Shown: positions 55,457-64,000 of the stretch, piece by piece
How the letters are laid out: the number at the start of each line of letters is the position of its first letter
Numbering within the stretch: position 1 is the stretch's first letter
Origin: Candidatus Marinacidobacterales bacterium
GTDB taxonomy: Bacteria > Acidobacteriota > Vicinamibacteria > Marinacidobacterales > DATDRI01
DNA: 64,000 bases
Reading direction: 5' to 3'
Assembly: GCA_965219415.1 (NCBI GenBank)
Contig: CBDCNP010000002.1
Coordinates: 3,072,001 to 3,136,000, forward strand
The notes under the pieces: model-generated
What the model saw: only the letters and a program-made list of their open reading frames with translations
What the model was told of the DNA's origin: nothing
The model's database searches: none
Translations under genes and position numbers: made by a program

Positions 55457-55932
55457 TCATCGGATCGCGATCGGCCTCGCCGGCGAGCCGGTGGCTCCCT
55501 TGAAACGAATCGGCGTCAAGACGAAGAGAAACTCGGTGGCGCCGTCCTGAGCCAGCTCTTCGAGGGCCATATTCTCCAAGTTGAAGATTCCGTTCTTGGT
55601 GATGATCTCCTGGTGGATAGGGTAGGCAAGGTTAGGGTCCGGGTTGGGGACGATCTCGGTAGAGCCACCATCGGAGCCGACCATCGAAGGCTTCTGGTCG
55701 ATGACCCACTTGGCGGCTTGGAAGCCGATTCCGGGTATGTCGCCTTGGTTCTTGACCGGATTTTCACGAGCTGGACTGCCTCCAGGATCTTTTCGGGAGT
55801 GATCCAGTTGGATGCGCCGGCCTGATCGCCCTCTCCCCAAATGGGATGTGGCCACCAGGGTTCGGTTTGCGCATCGACCTGGGGCGCTACCAATGTGCCG
55901 ACAAAGAACGCTAGTAACAGCGTCTTCCTCAA
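55457..55932 (-). pseudogene. Cyclase (kynurenine formamidase-like) family protein with large internal deletion
   Basis: N-terminus WGEGDQAGASNWITPE joined near 55763 to C-terminus PGIG...VGSD...H...GIFNLEN...GATGSP. Confidence 0.82.
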
Positions 55933-57236
55933 GGCGTCACCTCCATCATGGTATCCGTCGATCGCCGATCGCGGACGACCTTCCCTCCTTGGATAACGAG
56001 AATCGGTCGCGTAAGCACCTCGATATTCTCGAGAGGATTGCCCGGAACGACGATGAGATCGGCGAGCTTCCCCGCTTCTAAGGTTCCCACGGAATCGGCC
56101 ACGCCGCACGCCATAGCGCCCACGCGGGTCGCCGCCTCGATCGCCTCCTGGTGCGAGTACCCCCACGTCATGAACTGCTCGAGCTCCTGGATGTAGTAGT
56201 TGCCGATCTCGCCTTGACGCCCGCCTTCGACGTCGGTCGCAATCGCCATAGGCACGCCGGCTTGGTGCATCTTCCGGAAACGATCCTCGGCATGCGCGCG
56301 CGTCAGTTGGAAGCGGATATCGGACTCGGTCGGCTCACGCGTCCTGCTCCCGATGCCTCGAATCGTCGGCACGACGATGGTCCCTTGCTCTTTCATCATC
56401 GCGATGACCGCGGCCTGGTTCTTCATGGGGTAAAGATGCTCGATAGTGTCGGCACCCGCCGCCACCGCCCACTCCACCATCATCAACTCCGGATCGGAGT
56501 ACCAGTCGGGCGACACCGGCTTCCCACCTTTTCGCCCACCTGCGTGGACCGCAATCATGGCGCCGAGGCTATGCGTCTCTTCGATGGCGATCTCGATCTC
56601 TTCGCGGGTAAAGGGTGACGTGACTTTGGTGACATCCGCTCCTAGTTTGAAATTCTGACGGATGTGCCGTCGCCACTCTCCGGGGGAGTCCGAGGCAAGG
56701 AGCCACTTCGGTGGCACCATCAGCTCGAACTCGGAGGCGTGCGCTCCGGTCTGTCCCACCACGCCGTTGGCCACGATGAGTCGGGGTCCTTCGATGTAGC
56801 CCTTCGCAAGCGCCTGCTTCAGGCCGATGCCCACGTTGTGCCGCGCCCCGAGATCGCGCATCAGAGTGATACCGGCATCGAGCGCTTGCCGCAGGATCGC
56901 CGACGCGCGAAGTGCGGAGAGAGAATCGTCCTCGAAGTCTCTGGGGCCGGCAAGGTAGAACGCCGGGTGCACGTGAACGTCCGCGAGACCGGGAAGGACG
57001 GTGGCTCCCGATACCTCGATGACGTCCGCACCGGCGGGAATGCGGACTCGATCCTTCGGACCCACCTCGGCGATGCGCTCTCCTTGGATGACGACCGCAT
57101 GGTCGGTGAGTACGCCGGCGCCGGTCGCGTCGATGAGTCGATCGCCGATGATGACGACGGATTGGGTCTCGGAATCCTGCGCCGCGGCGCCAGCGGCGAG
57201 TAGGATCGCGGACAGAAGAAGCTTTGCTGGTTTCAT
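55929..57236 (-). CDS. Exported metal-dependent amidohydrolase (Xaa-Pro dipeptidase-like)
   Basis: PGLADVHVH, AVHA, IEH, ATD and GKLADLIVV. Confidence 0.9.
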   Translation of the reverse strand: MKPAKLLLSAILLAAGAAAQDSETQSVVIIGDRLIDATGAGVLTDHAVVIQGERIAEVGPKDRVRIPAGADVIEVSGATVLPGLADVHVHPAFYLAGPRDFEDDSLSALRASAILRQALDAGITLMRDLGARHNVGIGLKQALAKGYIEGPRLIVANGVVGQTGAHASEFELMVPPKWLLASDSPGEWRRHIRQNFKLGADVTKVTSPFTREEIEIAIEETHSLGAMIAVHAGGRKGGKPVSPDWYSDPELMMVEWAVAAGADTIEHLYPMKNQAAVIAMMKEQGTIVVPTIRGIGSRTREPTESDIRFQLTRAHAEDRFRKMHQAGVPMAIATDVEGGRQGEIGNYYIQELEQFMTWGYSHQEAIEAATRVGAMACGVADSVGTLEAGKLADLIVVPGNPLENIEVLTRPILVIQGGKVVRDRRSTDTMMEVTP

Positions 57237-57302
57237 GGAATCCTCCGATTATTGCCGGAGGATCATATCCCCGTGGGAGACGCTAGAGCAATCTAATAGA
57301 AG

Positions 57303-57726
57303 CTACTTGCCTTGGGCGGTTTTCGTGGGGAGCGGCGTTTGCTCGTTCGATTCTTCCCCTGCGAGGGCACTCGGACGGAAGACGACCCCGAACTCGGGTC
57401 GTTGAAGAATGGTGTAAAGCGTCTTGAGTTGTTCTTCTTCGAGCCGGGAGAATCTGACTCCGTGGACGAAGCCGGAGTTGCTGCCCTCTTGCTGCTTGCT
57501 CCAAACGACCTTCGCCTCGGTCACGAAGGGCTCGAGGTCGCGATCGAAGCTGATTCGTAAGAGCATGGTCGAACCGGCTGCGTAGGAAACGCCGGTGTCG
57601 AAACTGCACCCCGCCTCGGAGATGTCGGTGATCAAACCGAAGGCTTGGCCGTGCTGCCCCTCGTGGATTACCGGGATGGAGTTCTGCGGCACCAGCCGGG
57701 GGAACTTTCGGTTTGCGAGGTATTTA
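57303..57726 (-). pseudogene. PilZ-domain protein, start lost at the inversion junction
   Basis: RKFPR and DISEAG PilZ motifs, AKVVW and GVRF. Confidence 0.75.
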
Positions 57727-60136
57727 GAAGATCTCCCCACCTTTGGGCGACCACATGGGATGCGATCCACCCTCGGATGAGATTTGCCATTTTCCTCCCG
57801 GGCCAGGAAAGGCTCTGACATAGACCTCTTCTCGGTCGGACTCATTCGAGATGTAAGCCAACCATCGACCGTCCGGCGAGAAGGTCGCTTGATATTCATT
57901 GAACGGCGTCGAGAGAAATATTGTTTCCTCTCCGTCTTCCACGGAAAACACGCCGATGTCGGTTCCAGTTTCTGGTCTCTGCCGTTGAAAAGCGAGAAGG
58001 TTGCCGTCCGGGGACCAAGAAGTCGCGGTGGTGGGGGAACTCGCTGTCTGTGAGTTGTACCGGCTGGCCGCTGCCGTCGGAAGGCACGGAAAAAATGTTC
58101 CACCCACCTTCGCGATCCGAAGAAAAGGTGACCTGCTTTCCGTCGGGTGTCCATATGGGAATGCTGTCGTTGCCTTGCTCGAACGAGAGCCGGGGCATGG
58201 TTTCCCGAGCCAGCTCCAAGACCCAGATGTCGATGCTTTGACCCTCGACCGAGGTTAGGGCGAGTCGTTTACCGTCGGGCGATAGCCGCGGCTCGACGAT
58301 GGTGCGCGACTTCTCTATCAGCGGGCGAGACCCTCCCTGGCGGTCCACCAGCGTTAACGTGACTTCCGGCGCTAGGGCAGCGGCCGCTCCCTCACCGAAA
58401 ACTAGCCCGCCATCTTGGGAGATCGCGAACTGATTTGGCTGCACTTCTTCCACCATGGGAACCGGGGCTCCCGTTACCTCGAGGCTATCAAGGTCGAAGG
58501 GCACCGCGAGCAATTGAGTCCCTTGTGAGTAGAGTAGGTGACCGGTGCGGGCATAACGGCCGCCGGTGGCACCTTCGATCAGAGTGCGTATCTCACCGCT
58601 GTCCCGGTCGAGCGCAGCAACGTTGGCGCTTGTATTGGTAAAGACCGTGAACACCACCCCCTTGCCGCCCGGCAAGATATCCGGCAGGCGGTGAGAGACC
58701 TCACCCTTCTCCTTGTCCAGCTCGGTCAACGGCTCCGGCGTGCCACCCCCGGCCGGCACCATCGATAGACCGAGCCCCCGTGCCACCGTGGTTCCGAAAA
58801 CGATAACGTCATCGTCGCCCCAACTTCCGCCGCACAGGTCCGGGCAGTCGCACAGTGTGACCGGAAGCCCACCATTCACGGATACGCGCTGCAGCTTCCC
58901 ATCCGCCCAGAAGGCGACCCACTGTCCGTCCGAAGAAAAGAACGGCCGAATGGCATTTTCCGTGCCTTGGACTCGTGTGGGCGCGACCTGATCCATCCGG
59001 CGGAGGTAAAGGTGTTGACCGTCCTGACCGAAAGAGACGTATGCGATGTGCGAGCCGTCCGGAGACAGGGCAAGGAGGGTTGGAATCCACCGCTCATTGG
59101 CCGGAAAAGCGACGTCGAAACGCGTCACCTGCTTCGGTGCGGGCGGCGTGCTGAAAAGAGCCCAGCCCAGGATGGCGGCCGCCGCGATACCCACGACGAA
59201 GCTCACTGCGGCCCAGAGGATCCGCTCACGGCCGAGACCACGAGCCGCACCTACTCCCGCCTGCGGGCCGGCCTCGACGATCCACTCGAGCTCCCGCGCC
59301 ACGTCACCGGCGCTCTGCCAGCGTTGGTCGGGATCTTTAGCCAAACATCGCCGGATGACATGTTCCAGCGCCACCGGCGAAAGCGGTGTCACACTGGAGA
59401 CCGGTTCCGGGTTTGCCGACATGATGGCCGAGATCAAGCTCGCTTGGCTCTTGCCCTCGAACGCCTTCTTGCCGGTCACCATCTCGTAGATGACGGCACC
59501 GAGCGCAAAGATGTCGGTTCGCGCGTCGATTTCTCCGCCCTCTAGCTGCTCGGGAGCCATGTATTGGAATGTCCCGAGGATGGTTCCCGCCGCGGTCAGC
59601 GATCTCTGCTCGGTGGGCAAGGCGGAAAGCGTCGACAGCTCCGGAGTCGGCGTGGTGGAGCCGGCGAGCTTGGCCAAGCCGAAGTCTAAAAGCTTCGCCC
59701 CGGTCTTGGTGATCATGATATTGCCGGGCTTCAGATCGCGGTGCACCACGCCGGCGCGGTGCGCCTTTTCCAGGGCGTCGGCGATCTCGGTCGAGTAGGT
59801 CAGCGCTTCATCGAAAGGAAGCGCCCCCTTCTTCAATCGATCGGCCAGGGACTCCCCTTCGATGTGCTCCATGACCAGGAAGTCGGTCTTACCTTCTCGG
59901 CCGATGTCGTGGAGCGTGCAGATATTAGGGTGGTTCAGGCTCGAGACCGCACGGGCTTCGCGCTCGAACCGCTCGCGCAGCTCGGAGCTTCCGGAGAGAT
60001 GGGAAGAAAGGACCTTGATCGCGACGCTGCGATCGAGTCTCGTATCCTTGGCCTTATAGACCTCGCCCATCCCTCCTGCTCCGAGGGAGGACAAAATCTC
60101 GTAGGGACCTAACTTGGTGCTGGGATCAAGGGCCAT
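57727..60136 (-). pseudogene. Ser/Thr kinase with PD40/TolB-like propeller; main body inverted relative to its 3' end
   Basis: GAGGMG, VAIK, HRDLKPGN, DFG, APE and SPDG repeats; breaks at WSPKGGEIF. Confidence 0.88.
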
Positions 60137-60169
60137 GGGCACGAAGACAATAACCGTCTTGTGAGCTTC

Positions 60170-60391
60170 CGTCATACCAATAGGATGATGGCAGTACCCA
60201 TTGAGGCCGCCGGATCGGCACTCACCCTCGGGAAAGAGATCACGCTTTTCGAAGGAGACTACCGAAAGGCGCCCTTCAGTTTTCAGGAGCTCGTCTATTA
60301 CGATGTGACCCGCGACGGAAAACAGTTCGTGATGTTGAAACCCGTCCAACGTGACGATGACCCTTCCACACTCCACGTAGTCTTGAACTGG
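60170..60391 (+). pseudogene. Detached C-terminal tail of the PD40 kinase
   Basis: RHTNRMMAVPI...LFEG...YDVTRDGKQFVM...LHVVLNW, the usual ending of this kinase family. Confidence 0.75.
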
Positions 60392-60544
60392 CGGCAAGCC
60401 GTTGCGATCCGTTATCTGCGGTTGGCCCAATCCGAACTCCGAAGGCGGAAGCGAATCCGGCAAAGGCTTCAGATCCAAGGAAGTCTTTCCCAGCACGAGG
60501 AGCGCCGCGACCCCGGCAACGGCGATGAAACGGCGCCTGCTCAC
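60392..60544 (-). pseudogene. pbpC: N-terminal remnant of penicillin-binding protein 1C
   Basis: Membrane anchor plus QITDRNGLP; GTGA overlap with the macroglobulin stop codon, the usual A2M-PBP1C pairing. Confidence 0.65.
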
Positions 60545-63500
60545 TGTGCCTCCTCGACGATGAGCTTCGCGGGGACGCCTTGCCCGAAGACGTCGGGATC
60601 GTACATTTCTTCGGAATGGAGCGGCCCGATGTGAAACTCTCCGGGCGCGATGGCCTGCGCAACATACGAGAGATGGTAGTTACCGGCAGGCAGATACTCC
60701 GAGTAGAAACGGGCCGCGTGGTGACGAAGCTCTTGATGATAGAAGCTCCAACGGGAATACCCGTACGCGCGCCAGTCGCTATAGGTAAACCAATAGGAGC
60801 TCGCCGAGCGCTTGAACTCGCCTTTCTCGGCATCGCCCTCCGATGCGGTCGCAAGGTCCCGATTCACCGGCTCCAAGCCGCCGGGCACCGGATCGTCCAC
60901 CACCACGAAGTTCCGTGGCGCCGGGAAGGGAGATATAGAGATCGACTCGAACCAGTTCTCCGGTCCGAATCCTAATGGGATCTTCGAGAAGCACCCATTC
61001 GCCGTCACGCTCGACGCTGTACTCTCGTCTCACAACCATGCCGGAGTTGATGGGATCTTTCTTGAGCTCGATGGGTGAGTAGAAAAGCCGCGTCGCATAG
61101 TAGAGCCGGCCCGTCCCTTCCCTTTCGATCCGCACCGTGGCACCGCGGCCCGCATCACCGGACTGAATCGGCCGTTCCACTTCGCCAGCCGGATCACGGA
61201 GGTCGGTAAACTCGATCGACGGAAGCTCTTCGTCATCGAAGTACGTACGGATCGTCATCGCCGGTTCGTCTTTTTCGTAGGTTCCGCTGTAGTCGATGAG
61301 GGCGTTCATGCAGAACATGTTGTCCTGCGTGTTCTCCCAGCGATCGCGTCTCTTGCGCTCCTGGGTGATGGAGCGGGTAAGCTTGAAGGCAACGTCTTCC
61401 TCTCTCACCAAAGATGAGAGGACCGCGCAGTTGCTCTTCACCGGCGAATAGAGAATCCGTTGAAAATCGACGTCGATGCTCTCACTGAACGTGAATTTTC
61501 CACCCGATTGATTGGAGTGTGCGAGGATGTCGCTCCTGACCTCGGCTTGCAGTTCGGCATCTGCGCCGAGCTCCACCGAGGCGAGCAGGTAGTGTGCCTT
61601 ACCGAAGAGATCCATCTCCGCGACGTGGCGGCGGTAGCGTTCGATGTCGGAAAGGTTGACCCTGCCTGCGGGGGCCAAAGCGGCCAGAGCCACCGCGCGG
61701 ACGCTCGACGCCATTCCCTTGGTAAAGAAGTCCGGAAACACATCCGTCCGCAGCAAATTGAGGAGATAACCCTGGAGTTTTCCCTCCACACCGGCGGGGA
61801 TAGTGTGACCGCGGTGGCGGAGCCAGTTGAAGGCGAGAGCGGTGTAGGCGCTCAAGTAGGGACTCACGTACTGATCTTGAGGACGATAGTAGACCATGCC
61901 ACCGTTCGGGGCTTGATAGTTGGCGGCGAGTCCAAGCGTGATATCGGGAAGCTCCTGGTGTCCCTCCCACTCCATGTCGTCGGGCAGATAATCTCGCAGG
62001 TGGGCGAAGTGGGAAGCCATGACGCCCTTGGTCAACTTCTGCTCCCAGCAAAAGTACGGGTAGTCGCGCATGTAACGAAACGCACCGTCCACTCCCCCGA
62101 TGACCGACGGGCTTAAGACCACACTCACCCGGCCCACGTCGGTCCGTATCCCTTCCGGGAACAGAATCGACTCGGTGACTTCGTCTCCGATCGTGGTGCC
62201 GTAGTTGGCGGCCGCTTCCAAGGCGGTACGCTTTCTGACCTCGAGCCCGTGCCGAAGGGCGTCGCCGTCTTCGATGTCACCGGCGCGGATGGTGAAGAAG
62301 AGCTCTCCATCATTGATAGTGCGAACCGGGAAGACGATGGGATAGCGCTTGAACGGCTCGGTCTCGATGCGGAGGCCTTCGAGACCGGGGGACTCGGCCG
62401 GGCCCTCGACTTTCGCGTCGATGATTAATGTTCGCTTGAACTCGGTCCGGTTCATGACCGTGAAGCGGGCATCGAAGTGATCGCCTTCGGTCACTTGATT
62501 GGGAAGGGCCGGCCGCAGCTCGGTGGGCTGATTGACGACGAACGTGCCATCCCCCAACCCCATCAGGTCGTTTTTGGTCACGGCGATCGCCAGGACTCGC
62601 CAGCCGGTCAGGTTGTCCGGTGCTTGGAACTCGATTTGAGCCCGACCTTCGCTGTCCGTCCGCACAGAAGGGTTCCAATAGGCCACGAACTTGAAGACCG
62701 ATCGCATGTCGAGACCGGAGGCACCACCCCCTCCTGGGCTCGCGCCCTTCTTTTCGAATTTCTGTATTCCAATCAGCCGCGTCAGGAGGTTGTAGTTTTG
62801 GACATCGAGCTGCTCGAGCTCATAGAAGCCTTGGTAGGGGTCGAAGTAGCGTTTGCCACCTTGAATGAGATCGAAGACCGCCTCATCGAGAACCGCCACC
62901 GCGACCTCGATCGCCGGGGACCCACCGTCGGTCATGACGGCGTGACGCGGGCGGGCCACGAGATCGACTTGCACCGTCTCGCGAGGACGGAACTTTTCGC
63001 GTTTCGGTGTCACGTCGACGACGATCTCTTTGTAAGGGTCACGGACCGGAACACGGACGTAACCCATACGAAAGGCGGGTTTCCCAAGATCCACATCGTC
63101 GTCGCCGAGCGGAGCTTCGACCCGAGGCAAGGTCACGACGGCCGAAAAGTAAAAGCCGGGGAGATGATCGGGGGTTACTTCGAACTCGATGAGCTCGCTG
63201 CTGTTCTCGAGAACCTGGGTCCAGCTTCGCTGCACACCGATGCGCTCGATGGTGAAGAGCGCCTGTGCGCCCGGGAACGGGTTTCTAATGAGGAAACGCG
63301 CGGTGTCACCGACACGATACTCCTCTTTTTCCGGTTCTATGGGCAGGTGGTGTCCCGGTGGGGCCTCCCATAGGACCCGTCCCTTGCCAACGCTCCAACG
63401 TGTCAGCGAGCTCGCATGCTGTCGCCCGAGCGTATCGGTGACTTCCGCGGTGAAGCGATAGAGGCCCGATTTCTCCGGCGCGACCTCACAAGCGAGCGGA

Positions 63501-64000
63501 TCTTCCGTCGAGCTCTCCTCACAGCGTGCCACTTCCACCCAGTTGTGAACGTACTGAGTGAGGTAAGCGTTACCGGCTCCCTTGACGCGAGAGGCCTTGG
63601 TCTCGCGATGCTCGATGCGGATCGTGACGTCCGTTCCTTCGATGACTCGTTCCTTATCGTCGACCACGATTGCAAAGACCTCGCTCGGCTCGCCTTGCTC
63701 GAGTATCCAGTTCGATTGACGGATACCGACGTAGCGATCCCTAGCGGCCCACGTTGCGCCGGCACGTCCGCTCACGTACTTGCCACGATCATCACGGACC
63801 GAGCTCTCGAAGCGTAGACGACCATAGACGATGCGCGAATCGGCGAGCGGCCGGTCTCGAAGAAAAAGCTCGCCGTCTTGGGATCGCTCGGCTTCAGCGC
63901 GGTCGATCGCAGAGAAATCGTAACGCGGCTCTGGGCGTCGGCGTAGGGGCCACCGGCGTGGAGGTTGGCGCTCGTTGTCACCGTGACCGCATCGCCGGGA
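60541..64000 (-). CDS. Bacterial alpha-2-macroglobulin family protein (partial; frame breaks near 63850 and 60923)
   Basis: AVLDEAV, PDNLTGWR, YPYFCWEQ thioester motif, DPVPGGLEPVN and EEMY. Confidence 0.92.

Noticed and set aside
57896-60544. 882-aa ORF as a novel PBP1C-kinase fusion
   Set aside because: It is a pbpC stub, the antisense of the kinase tail and the kinase body, joined by a deletion and an inversion; the kinase starts at 60136

Overview
GC-rich bacterial DNA, probably from an Acidobacteriota-like organism (inferred from the carboxypeptidase-domain TonB receptor, PD40-repeat Ser/Thr kinases, DUF885 and alpha-2-macroglobulin/PBP1C). Bases 1-30.2 kb are an IS graveyard. It holds full or near-full copies of two integrase-core (IS481/IS3-like) elements, called IS-A and IS-B here, plus IS5, IS1 and IS6, and dozens of solo ends and mini-elements. 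These separate single passenger genes: a secreted proteasome-beta-like protein, bacilliredoxin, DUF885, a GmrSD-type nuclease, a pentapeptide-repeat protein, a Na/Pi cotransporter, a TonB receptor and an M23 peptidase. Bases 30.2-39.5 kb are the most interesting part, a co-directional cluster with two selenoproteins that the ORF track splits at in-frame UGA codons, each followed by a SECIS-like hairpin. One is an AhpD/CMD-like CxxU protein interrupted by IS256; the other is a membrane-anchored iodothyronine-deiodinase-like protein. They sit with a stand-alone SelD-N-terminal-type flavoprotein, a stand-alone B3/4 tRNA-editing domain, a phenylacetate-CoA-ligase-like gene and two tandem cobalamin/4Fe-4S QueG/reductive-dehalogenase-like genes. 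Together these form a candidate selenium- and B12-dependent system for halogenated aromatics (function inferred, not shown). An AbiE toxin-antitoxin pair follows, then metabolic, signalling and envelope genes. Many of these carry +1 homopolymer frameshifts (probably sequencing error), internal deletions, or in one case a 2.4-kb intragenic inversion. No rRNA, tRNA or CRISPR array was recognised. All family calls come from motif recognition by eye, not database searches.
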